DNA from: a virus
Lineage: Duplodnaviria; Caudoviricetes
Direction: 5' to 3' (one strand)
IMG/VR virus record: IMGVR_UViG_3300012665_000475
Location: 2,263 to 66,262 of that record
DNA: 64,000 nucleotides
How positions within the stretch are numbered: the stretch's first letter is position 1; the number at the start of each line of letters is the position of its first letter. The translations under genes were made by a program, and so were the position numbers. The notes beneath the pieces were generated by a model. It was not told the DNA's origin and did not search any database. It saw nothing but the letters and a program-made list of their open reading frames with translations. Positions 8,900-17,281 of this stretch are shown piece by piece.

Positions 8900-11800
8900 A
8901 TGGATAACGGTAAAACATTATATAATAAGTTAAGTGCTGAAAAATTATATACTAAATCATATAATGAATTTATTGATCAATTTGGTACGCCAGAGGGACA
9001 AAAGGAATTATATAATGCTTTAAGTTCTCAAAAGTTATACACAAAATCACAAGATGAATTTGTGAGTCAATTCTGGAGTGATAAAAAAAAAAATCCGTCA
9101 CAACCTACAGAAGAAGTTATTTCAGTTTCTGGAGAATCTGTTTCGCCTACGGTTCCTCAGCAAAAGGGTTCTATATTAAAATCTCCTACACAAGGAGAAA
9201 GCCAGGGTCTGTTGTTAATAGACCCATCAAAAAAGAAGAATAAATTCGATTACACCAATCCTGTTTTTTTTGCTCCTAAAGGAAGCGTTACTAAGGATGT
9301 TAATTATATTGGTAAAGCGTTAGGTAGTAAATCAAAAGATTTATCTATTAAGCAATCAGACTTAAAGAAAAGAGCTGATTTGTTGTCTAAGCAATATGAT
9401 GAATTAAATGCCTACATTGAATTAAACCCTAATGACCCATCGGTCAATGCTAAGGTTGCTGCATTAGAAAATCAAAAAGCATTATTAAACAAAGAGTCTG
9501 AAACTGTTAACAAAGATGTTACACAGTTAAATCAAGATGTAAAGGGATTAAATAAATTAGTCACTCAAAATTATGCGGAAAAAGCCAAGCAAGGTAATTG
9601 GGGTGGTGCTCTTTGGAATTCTGTTGTAACTGGATTCGAAAAGTATGGCCAAGGTATGCAAAGGGCAACCATTGATGCAGGTATTGAAATACTTGATTTA
9701 ATGGGAATACCTTATGCAAGTAAAGAAAAAGAAGCTGAGTTAAGAAACAAAGTAATTAAAGAATCAAAGGGCAAGCTTACCGAAGATCAAATACAAACAA
9801 AAGTTAAAGATCTTTCTAAGAAAGAAGTTATTAATGAGTTCAAGCCAATTTTAAAGAAAGGATATGAGGGAATAAAATCTGAGGGAACTACTGAGGAATT
9901 TATTCAAGAAAAAAAGAAATCAGGTGATATTCCTCAAGCTGTATTAGGTGTTGCTGAAAGTATACCTATGATGGCTTCAGGTGGATATGGTCGTTTCGCT
10001 ACAGGTGCAATGCAAATGTATGCTAATCTAAATGAAGAGATGGATAATAATCCTGCAACAGCTTCAATGGATGAAAACGAAAGAAAGAAGATAACACTTC
10101 CTATTGCGATTGTATCTGGGTTCTTAGAAGATTATGGATTTAGAAATGTATTAGGGAAAGGCACACCTTTGTTGGGTAGATTCACTAATATGGTATTGTC
10201 TCAGGTACCTAAAAATGCTACGTTAGGAGCTATAGAATTAGCTACTAAAAAGGTTGCAGAAAGTACCGTAGGCAAGATGATTCTACAAGGTGGAACTACA
10301 GCAGCAAAAGCCTACTTAAGTGAATTTGAAACAGGTGGTCTTCAGTCCGCTACAGAAATTGTTACTAAGGAAATTTATGATAAGGCAAATAATATTGACT
10401 TATTTGAAAATCCTAAATTACTTTCAGGTGAATTTTTAGATAAGGTTTTATACGATGCACATGTAGAGGGCTTAGGTGGTCTTATTATGGGTGGTACAAT
10501 TGCTGGTGCTCAAAGAGCTTTGTCTGGAAAACAAATGAGTGATGCTGACTTTGAAGAGTGGAGAGACTTAATGTTGGATGACAACCATATGACTGCCACT
10601 TTAGCTGACTTACACGTGCAAGTTATTGAGGGTAAGATTACTGAAGAACAGGCTAAAGCATCTGCAAAAGAACTAGCTAGTAGCAGAAAAATATTACAAG
10701 AAATACCTGAAAATCTTTCTGTTAAAGGACAAAGGGAAGCTTTTGCTTTAATTGCACAGAATCAAAAAGTGCAAAATGAGATTGATGATTTATCAGCTTA
10801 TATGGCAGATAAGAATCCTCAATTAGTTAAAAACATTGCTGCTGAAATTGAAAGCAAGCAAGGGATAATAAATAAAAATAACGAACAACTATCTAAAATT
10901 CCAGAAAATGCCATTCAAGAGCAAACAACAAGTGAAGTACCTGTACAGCCAGAAGCCGGAGTTAGCGGAGAAATGGCGAAAGGAGAACCCCAAGCAGAAC
11001 CTGAAGTCACTACCGAAGAAGTCAAAGCCGAAGAAGTAACACCTACTGAAGAAGAAGTTATAACTACAGCTGTAACAATAATTGATGCTGTAAATAAACC
11101 AAAAGTATTTACTTTAAATGGTAAAAGAGGTAGTCTATATACTGAAGATAATGGAACAGTTGTGTTTGAATCTGATGATAGAATTACTGAACTTGGTAAT
11201 ATCAAAGATATACAAGACCAATCTTTAGAAGAATTAGGTTTATCTGAAGAAGCTCCTTTAGAGATTACAGTAAATGATGACAACTCTGTAACTATAGAGG
11301 GTAATACTTTACTGAATAATTATAGCGATCCAATGGCCGCTATTAATTACGATGAGAATGGAAATGTTATATCAGTAAATTTAGATACTGACAATAATCA
11401 AAAGAGAACTATTCGTGGGCAACGTGCTCAAGAAATAGCTTACCAATACACACTTAAAAACTTTGAGCAAAATGCAACAGAACAAGACATCGATGAAGTC
11501 ATCGGAGCCATCGAGCAAACTCCAACAACTCAAGGAGTCACTGAGCAAGTTACCGGTGGCCCAACGGTTACAGTTACTGAAGAAGTTCAGCCTGAAGAAG
11601 TAGTTGAGCAAGTAACAGAAGAAGAACCTGTTCAACCCCAAAAGGGGAAGAAAGCTCCGTCAGCTAAAAAGATATTAGGTCAAGAGCCTGGTAAGAAAAT
11701 TCCTGTTAATGAGGTTACAGGATTAAAAGAAAAGTTAAGATTAGAATCTAAGGCTGCTAAAACAGGATTTGACTTTGCAGAAAAAGCAAGAAAGCTTATC

Positions 11801-14800
11801 AATGATTATGTAAAGAAAAATATTCAAGGTGCATTAAGCAAAAGAGAGCTTAATATTTTATTCAATGCATTAGGTAAAAAACTTGATACAGTAGATGCTA
11901 GAAAAAAATTCATAGAGAAAGTAAATAGTATTCTAAAGGGGTCTTTAGATAAGATTGCTATCAATGAATTGGATGCATTAAAAGCTACATTAAAGGCAGA
12001 AGCTAAAGGAGCAAAGGTTGCTACTAAAGCAGTTCAAACAAGTATTGCTAATGCTGTAGCTAAAATAAAGTCACTTCAAAAAGGAAATAAATTAACTCAA
12101 GCTCAGGCAAATGTTTTATTAAATGGATTAAAATCTAATTTAATGAACCCTACTGTACGTGAAAATTTCTTTAATAGAGTTGAACGTGTACTAGATAATG
12201 CTGAGTATGCAGCTAAGGTGGCTCAAGCTAATGATTTAAGAAGCAAAATTAAAACAGCTATTAAGTCAGATACTGTAGTTGATGATATTAAGATTGCAGC
12301 AAAAGCACTTGTATCTATTAGACCAGGATTAGTAGAAGATATTGATGAGTATATTGATTATGCTGAACAAGTATTTAATGCTGTACGTGGTATAAAAGTA
12401 GTTAATGGAGAAGTATTAGCAAGACGTGCAGCTGTATTGTCTGAGATAAACGACTATGTTAAAGAGCAGAAAGATATCCAAGATGAGATAAATAAAAATA
12501 TCTTATTAGATCAATACCAATATTTAGTAGATGCTAAACTAATTGACGATACAATGTCATTAGAAGCTATCCAAGATTACATATCATCTGTAGAAGAGAA
12601 TGTAGAAAATGCGGAATCTACTAAGTCTGAAATCGTAAAAGCGTATACTAAGAATGCCTTTGAGGGGTTCTCTGATGTTGTACGTGATATGATGGCCGAT
12701 GGAGAGATTGATGAATTGGATGCCGATTTTGATTTGATTAACAATTTCTTAAATATGGATATTGAAGCGTTGCCTCTTGATAAACAATTGGCCGCTGTAA
12801 ATGCATTAGAGAACTTAATCGTCAACGGTATTACAACTCAAATGGGAGCTGTTTATAAGTCATATGAAGGTGTTATGAATGCCGAAAAGGATTTAAACGC
12901 AGGCTTAGTTGCACAGCCTTTAATCTATGGGTTGGTAGGGCGTATTCCTCTTTTGGGTAAAGTATATAGTTCCTTATGGGGACGTTATGTATCAAAGGTT
13001 GATTCTTTGGTTGTTAATATGTTTAGAAGCACTGCTAAAGGTATTAAGTTTTTAAGAGATTCTGGATTCTCCGGAATTGTTAAAGGATTTGTTGATGGTA
13101 AAAATATCGCTAATAAATTTGCTGATAAATACTCAGAAAGATTCAAAGGCTCTAGACCAAATAACCAAGATTTCTATACCGCATACAACGCATACGAGCG
13201 TGGCATATTTGCTGACTTATCTAGAAATATTCTAAACGGAACTCCAGAACAAGTTAAAGAAGAGTTTGACAGAAAGATGGATCAATTACGTCTTACAATT
13301 GAAGAGTTAAGAAAGACAAAGAATAGTTTATTGGGTAAGAAAGCTGACTTATATGACCAGGTATATCAAAAAATAAAAGGTAAAAAAGATATTGATGGGG
13401 TTAAGAAAGAGATTGATCCTATCAATCAAACTGCTGTACAGGAATTCCAAAATGAATGGAAAAAATACTACCCTGAATTCAAAAGAATTGCTGCTGATTA
13501 TTATGGTATAGTTTTAGATGAGGATATAAACTATACACCTGAAATGTATGAAAAGTTATCAACAGATAAGGATAGTGATTTATTGACTAAAGGTTCATTT
13601 AAGATGAATTTTGATGCGATAAGAACTGAACGTGTAGGTACTTTACAAAAGAGTAAAAAAATAAAAGGATTGCCTAAATCTGGCAATGAGGTTTCCCGTG
13701 TTAGAGACTATGACTTTGATTCTAATAATATAAGAGCTCTAGAAAGAACTATTATAGATGTAAGAACAACGCCTTTTGTTCAGCAATATATGGGTTATGT
13801 AAATTCAAATGCATTTAAGGAAATGATTCCTGATTACGATCAAAGACAAATGATTAAGGATCGTTTGATGTTTAATATAAATGCGTTAAGAGAACGATCA
13901 GACACATCTAGTTTATATGAAACTAAGATTGCTTCTAAGATTTTATCTACTGTAAGCCGTGTGGGTACAAAAATTGGATTAGGATCTATGAATGCTGCTG
14001 TTAAGCAATCATTGCCTATGACATTCAATACATTAATCAATACTGTTGATGATCCACAAGCTTATCTTATGAGTTTTGCAGATTATATGAATGACGATGC
14101 TATTAAAGCATTGAATGAATCTGGATATGGTATTTCTTTGCGTGGTGCAGAGTCCCAAACATCCATAGACTTTGCAGAGAATTTAATAGAAAGAAATAAA
14201 AACAAGAATGTAAATCAATTAGTAGATGCTGCTTCCAATATAAGTGACTTTTATATTGAAACATTCTTAAAAAAGCCTGACGTTTTTGTGGCTAAAGTTT
14301 CTTGGTTTGCTTATTATAGAAAAAAACTAAAAGATTTAGGCTTAGATACAAACATTGATTGGAAAAATCACGAGATAAACGAGGAGGCTGCTGATTATGC
14401 TGAATATATGGTTCAAGATCAGCAAAATATGAACGTGTCCGAGTTAGGAGGAAAGTTGCTTGCATCTAAAAATCCAACTACAAAAATTATTCGTCAATTA
14501 GCATTTCCATTTGCGTCCTATCAATTTAACTTAAAGGATAAGAATGCAAGAAACATAACAATACTTACGTCTAAAAACTCTAACATTCAAGATAAAGCTG
14601 TTGCCTTACAATCGTTAGCATCCGGTATTGCTGAATCATATATATTCGAATGGGTTCAAAGAGGTATACAAGGATTATTACTTGCAGGAGCATACGCTTC
14701 TTTAGGTGGAGATGATAGAGATGAGGAAGATAAGTTATTGGATGAACAATTTAAGGACAAAATATTTTATGGTAAACTTTTTAATGAATTTGCCATTAAT

Positions 14801-15388
14801 TTACCTGAATTTACATCTGATTTGATATTATTAAGCCTTAATTCAGCTTTAGATATGATTGAGGGAGGTACTCCAGATGAGCAACTAAAAGCTAAAAAAG
14901 AAGCTGAGAAAGAAGCTAAGAAAAATAATACTGAATCATTCTTAGGAAAGAAGTTGAAAGGTAAACGTAAGCCTAAAAAGACTTTAGAAGAGAAAGAGTT
15001 AGCTAAGAAAAAAGAAAGGTTAGAGGCTCCATTTAGATTCTATGTAAAGGATCCTAAAGAAGGTGAGGGTTTGATGTCTTTAATTGGTGGCGTTCCGAAT
15101 GTTGCTTATGAAACATTGTATAAGATTTACCAAACGTATAAAGAAGCAGATAAAGGTTACTTCACTGATAAGTATGGAAACAAAACAGAATATACAGAGG
15201 AGCAGAAGAAACAACTAAAATTATCTTTGATACCTAGGGCTGTAACTGCTAGTACATTAGGACCAAGAGAGTTATTAAGCTATGGAACAAACATCGAGAA
15301 GATTATAAAGAAGCAAGCTTTAATGAGTAAAAAGAAAAATAAAGAAGAAAAATCTAAATCGAAATCAAACAAAAAGATGAAGTTCTAA
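8900..15388 (+). CDS. Giant internal virion/ejection protein (2162 aa)
   Basis: Long ORF closing the virion operon; mostly helical, with an N-terminal tandem repeat (LYNxLSxxKLYTKSxxEFxxQF twice) and two Glu/Pro/Thr-rich linkers. No DxDGD polymerase motif seen. Confidence 0.65.
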   Translation: MDNGKTLYNKLSAEKLYTKSYNEFIDQFGTPEGQKELYNALSSQKLYTKSQDEFVSQFWSDKKKNPSQPTEEVISVSGESVSPTVPQQKGSILKSPTQGESQGLLLIDPSKKKNKFDYTNPVFFAPKGSVTKDVNYIGKALGSKSKDLSIKQSDLKKRADLLSKQYDELNAYIELNPNDPSVNAKVAALENQKALLNKESETVNKDVTQLNQDVKGLNKLVTQNYAEKAKQGNWGGALWNSVVTGFEKYGQGMQRATIDAGIEILDLMGIPYASKEKEAELRNKVIKESKGKLTEDQIQTKVKDLSKKEVINEFKPILKKGYEGIKSEGTTEEFIQEKKKSGDIPQAVLGVAESIPMMASGGYGRFATGAMQMYANLNEEMDNNPATASMDENERKKITLPIAIVSGFLEDYGFRNVLGKGTPLLGRFTNMVLSQVPKNATLGAIELATKKVAESTVGKMILQGGTTAAKAYLSEFETGGLQSATEIVTKEIYDKANNIDLFENPKLLSGEFLDKVLYDAHVEGLGGLIMGGTIAGAQRALSGKQMSDADFEEWRDLMLDDNHMTATLADLHVQVIEGKITEEQAKASAKELASSRKILQEIPENLSVKGQREAFALIAQNQKVQNEIDDLSAYMADKNPQLVKNIAAEIESKQGIINKNNEQLSKIPENAIQEQTTSEVPVQPEAGVSGEMAKGEPQAEPEVTTEEVKAEEVTPTEEEVITTAVTIIDAVNKPKVFTLNGKRGSLYTEDNGTVVFESDDRITELGNIKDIQDQSLEELGLSEEAPLEITVNDDNSVTIEGNTLLNNYSDPMAAINYDENGNVISVNLDTDNNQKRTIRGQRAQEIAYQYTLKNFEQNATEQDIDEVIGAIEQTPTTQGVTEQVTGGPTVTVTEEVQPEEVVEQVTEEEPVQPQKGKKAPSAKKILGQEPGKKIPVNEVTGLKEKLRLESKAAKTGFDFAEKARKLINDYVKKNIQGALSKRELNILFNALGKKLDTVDARKKFIEKVNSILKGSLDKIAINELDALKATLKAEAKGAKVATKAVQTSIANAVAKIKSLQKGNKLTQAQANVLLNGLKSNLMNPTVRENFFNRVERVLDNAEYAAKVAQANDLRSKIKTAIKSDTVVDDIKIAAKALVSIRPGLVEDIDEYIDYAEQVFNAVRGIKVVNGEVLARRAAVLSEINDYVKEQKDIQDEINKNILLDQYQYLVDAKLIDDTMSLEAIQDYISSVEENVENAESTKSEIVKAYTKNAFEGFSDVVRDMMADGEIDELDADFDLINNFLNMDIEALPLDKQLAAVNALENLIVNGITTQMGAVYKSYEGVMNAEKDLNAGLVAQPLIYGLVGRIPLLGKVYSSLWGRYVSKVDSLVVNMFRSTAKGIKFLRDSGFSGIVKGFVDGKNIANKFADKYSERFKGSRPNNQDFYTAYNAYERGIFADLSRNILNGTPEQVKEEFDRKMDQLRLTIEELRKTKNSLLGKKADLYDQVYQKIKGKKDIDGVKKEIDPINQTAVQEFQNEWKKYYPEFKRIAADYYGIVLDEDINYTPEMYEKLSTDKDSDLLTKGSFKMNFDAIRTERVGTLQKSKKIKGLPKSGNEVSRVRDYDFDSNNIRALERTIIDVRTTPFVQQYMGYVNSNAFKEMIPDYDQRQMIKDRLMFNINALRERSDTSSLYETKIASKILSTVSRVGTKIGLGSMNAAVKQSLPMTFNTLINTVDDPQAYLMSFADYMNDDAIKALNESGYGISLRGAESQTSIDFAENLIERNKNKNVNQLVDAASNISDFYIETFLKKPDVFVAKVSWFAYYRKKLKDLGLDTNIDWKNHEINEEAADYAEYMVQDQQNMNVSELGGKLLASKNPTTKIIRQLAFPFASYQFNLKDKNARNITILTSKNSNIQDKAVALQSLASGIAESYIFEWVQRGIQGLLLAGAYASLGGDDRDEEDKLLDEQFKDKIFYGKLFNEFAINLPEFTSDLILLSLNSALDMIEGGTPDEQLKAKKEAEKEAKKNNTESFLGKKLKGKRKPKKTLEEKELAKKKERLEAPFRFYVKDPKEGEGLMSLIGGVPNVAYETLYKIYQTYKEADKGYFTDKYGNKTEYTEEQKKQLKLSLIPRAVTASTLGPRELLSYGTNIEKIIKKQALMSKKKNKEEKSKSKSNKKMKF
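10908..11039 (+). CDS. Overprinted 43-aa basic protein (MPFKSKQQVKYLYSQKPELAEKWRKENPKQNLKSLPKKSKPKK) in the +1 frame of the giant virion protein
   Basis: Read directly: ATG 10908 after AGAAA, TAA 11037-11039. The MPFKS.xQ.xYLY.xKPE.A.KW pattern resembles small stand-alone phage proteins I recall (not searched). Confidence 0.55.
   Translation: MPFKSKQQVKYLYSQKPELAEKWRKENPKQNLKSLPKKSKPKK
11472..11603 (+). CDS. Possible second overprinted 43-aa ORF (MQQNKTSMKSSEPSSKLQQLKESLSKLPVAQRLQLLKKFSLKK)
   Basis: Same +1 frame, same length, AAAATG start context, ends KK-stop; lies in the second acidic linker of the host gene. Confidence 0.3.
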   Translation: MQQNKTSMKSSEPSSKLQQLKESLSKLPVAQRLQLLKKFSLKK

Positions 15389-15391
15389 AAT

Positions 15392-15419
15392 AAAAATGGG
15401 GGCCAAGAGCCCCCTTTTT
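15392..15419. terminator. Bidirectional intrinsic terminator
   Basis: AAAAAT-GGGGGC-CAAGA-GCCCCC-TTTTT between convergent genes ending at 15388 and 15443. Confidence 0.9.
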
Positions 15420-15442
15420 AATTAATCACCTTATACGCAATT

Positions 15443-15796
15443 CTAACTTAAAAATCTTAACTTGTATAAAGTTGAACTCAACAATTCTTGTGTATTGTCA
15501 ACCATTTGTTGTAAGTAGCCATCAGTTAATGAACCACGGTATCCTTCAAATGCTGTCATCTTTTCTTTTAAATAAGATACCATATCAACACCTTCTTCTA
15601 ATTTGAAAGACTTATATCCTTTGATGATACCATACTTCCCTTGGTATGCTTCAACGTAAGCGTCGAACTGGTCAACGATGCCGTCATATAATTCATTCAA
15701 AGCTTTGTGTTCTGCAAATGATGATGTCTGTAAGTGTGCGATGTGAGATACATTCTCAATCTCCATTAATGCACTAACGTATTCTTGAACTGTCAT
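15443..15796 (-). CDS. Ferritin/Dps-like four-helix protein (DUF5856-like)
   Basis: HIAHLQT.SFAEHKALNELYD....D.YVEAYQGKYG and final YKLRFL motif; His/Glu pattern of ferritin-like metal sites. Confidence 0.7.
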   Translation of the reverse strand: MTVQEYVSALMEIENVSHIAHLQTSSFAEHKALNELYDGIVDQFDAYVEAYQGKYGIIKGYKSFKLEEGVDMVSYLKEKMTAFEGYRGSLTDGYLQQMVDNTQELLSSTLYKLRFLS

Positions 15797-15811
15797 AATC
15801 TTATATTTTCA

Positions 15812-15819
15812 CAAAAATA
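15812..15819 (-). promoter_or_regulatory. Bacteroidota -7 box (TATTTTTG on minus strand)
   Basis: CAAAAATA on plus strand, 15 nt upstream of the ATG at 15796. Confidence 0.55.
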
Positions 15820-16953
15820 CTAAAATATATTTACTAGCCTTGCAACTTGTCCATTCTCTTTGTGGTGAATGAAGCCCTCAACAGCTTTGGGAGAATGCTG
15901 ATATCCGGAACGATGGTGCCAACTATCGGTACCACTGGGAGATCGGAGAGACTCGACGCAAACGCCCATATAATCCTTAGAAGACTTGTGGTGCACGTGA
16001 TGAGTATAAATGTAGCGGTGTTTTGATTCTGCCCACTCTTTACTTGCTTCATGAGCCATTAATAGGGGTAAGTCTGATACCTTAGCCCCGTCTCCGTGTG
16101 TTGTGCCAATTAGGTTTGAGCCATACTGAGTGTACTTACGGTGGGCAATAGAGCAATCAAATGTTATGTTTGGATTATTATGGAACCAAGACTCGATTGC
16201 ATCGGCTAAAAAGAAGCCATTAGTGTAGTCATGGTTTGATGGATTAAATACAAAGTGAACGTCAGCTATACCAATCAACATCTCGATGACCTCGATATAT
16301 AGCTTCTTAGCGACTCTAAAGTTGTCGTACCACATTCCATCCGTGTCCTGTGGAGTTCCGCTCGTAGTCGTACGTTTTGGGGTGTCTATGTGAAGAATGT
16401 CGTTGCCGCCTACAAAAAGAATCTTGTCGATGTTAAAACCAGATGCTTTCTGTACAATTCCACGTACACCATCAAGTACACGCTGAACAGCAATCTGATT
16501 ATTGTAGTCATCACCAGTCTCAAAAGAGGATGCTAACTTGCCGATGTGAATATCAGCTGGGTCAACTACTAATAGGTGACCATCCTGAATATTACTGCGA
16601 TCTAACTTAGGGTATACAGGTGCGTGCTTTTGCATCTCAGCCACGATATCAGCTCGCATGTCATGATACGTTTGCACCGGGTCTTTCTTATCAACCTTGA
16701 CAAAAATAGACTGCTTATCAGTCTTCAGCCAGTAGTGCGATACTTCACCGATTGGTGCACCTTCTTTATCACACTCATCGTTTAGGCTGCGATGTTCTGT
16801 CTTTAAAATATATTCTGAAATTCTTTTGCGAAGAGTATCTACATTGCGATCGTGCATACTGTAGTGTTCTTGTACTCTTCTAGCAATGTCGGCTTTGTTA
16901 AGGTCGCCCTGTTGGTGTAGTTCTAGTGCGTATTCTAGGTAAGGTTTCATCAC
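15820..16953 (-). CDS. Calcineurin-like metallophosphoesterase with N-terminal extension
   Basis: ADIHIG, GGNDILH, PSNHD, THGD and HVHH metal-binding motifs. Confidence 0.8.
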   Translation of the reverse strand: MMKPYLEYALELHQQGDLNKADIARRVQEHYSMHDRNVDTLRKRISEYILKTEHRSLNDECDKEGAPIGEVSHYWLKTDKQSIFVKVDKKDPVQTYHDMRADIVAEMQKHAPVYPKLDRSNIQDGHLLVVDPADIHIGKLASSFETGDDYNNQIAVQRVLDGVRGIVQKASGFNIDKILFVGGNDILHIDTPKRTTTSGTPQDTDGMWYDNFRVAKKLYIEVIEMLIGIADVHFVFNPSNHDYTNGFFLADAIESWFHNNPNITFDCSIAHRKYTQYGSNLIGTTHGDGAKVSDLPLLMAHEASKEWAESKHRYIYTHHVHHKSSKDYMGVCVESLRSPSGTDSWHHRSGYQHSPKAVEGFIHHKENGQVARLVNIF

Positions 16954-17104
16954 GTAATTGATTTAATTTTTCGATTAGAATTGAAATAGAGTCTTGAAGG
17001 TCTTCGTACTCTTTGTCCATAAGAGCCTCATATATCTCGTCTGTCATCTTATTGATGAAGCGAATTGTTGTGTTAGTATAGTCAATATGCTCTTTCATAA
17101 ACAA
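16898..17104 (-). CDS. Hypothetical protein
   Basis: 68-aa acidic helical ORF in operon orientation; function unknown. Confidence 0.55.
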   Translation of the reverse strand: MFMKEHIDYTNTTIRFINKMTDEIYEALMDKEYEDLQDSISILIEKLNQLRDETLPRIRTRTTPTGRP

Positions 17105-17149
17105 ATAAAGGGGAAGTGTAAAACGATAAACACCTCCCCTTCAAAAAAA
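17101..17149 (-). terminator. Intrinsic terminator downstream of nrdA
   Basis: Minus strand AAGGGGAGGUGU-loop-ACACUUCCCCUU followed by UAUUUGU; 12-bp stem with a G-U pair that only works on the minus strand. Confidence 0.7.
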
Positions 17150-17281
17150 TTATCACTTTAACCTTTGTAAATTTAGTTAAATATCTAATTACTTGTACAT
17201 TTTTAATAAAAAATTTATAAGAACCCATTTTCAAGGACACCACCGACCAAAGCCTGAGTGGTTTTAAATGGGTAAACCTTA

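Noticed and set aside
10915-11283. Ser/Thr-rich antisense ORF in the giant gene
   Set aside because: Complement of the acidic linker codons; unlike the +1 sense ORF it has no recognisable motif.
8900-15388. Virion RNA polymerase
   Set aside because: No (N)ADFDGD/DxDGD motif; the nearest strings (DADFDL, DYDFDS) lack the GD.
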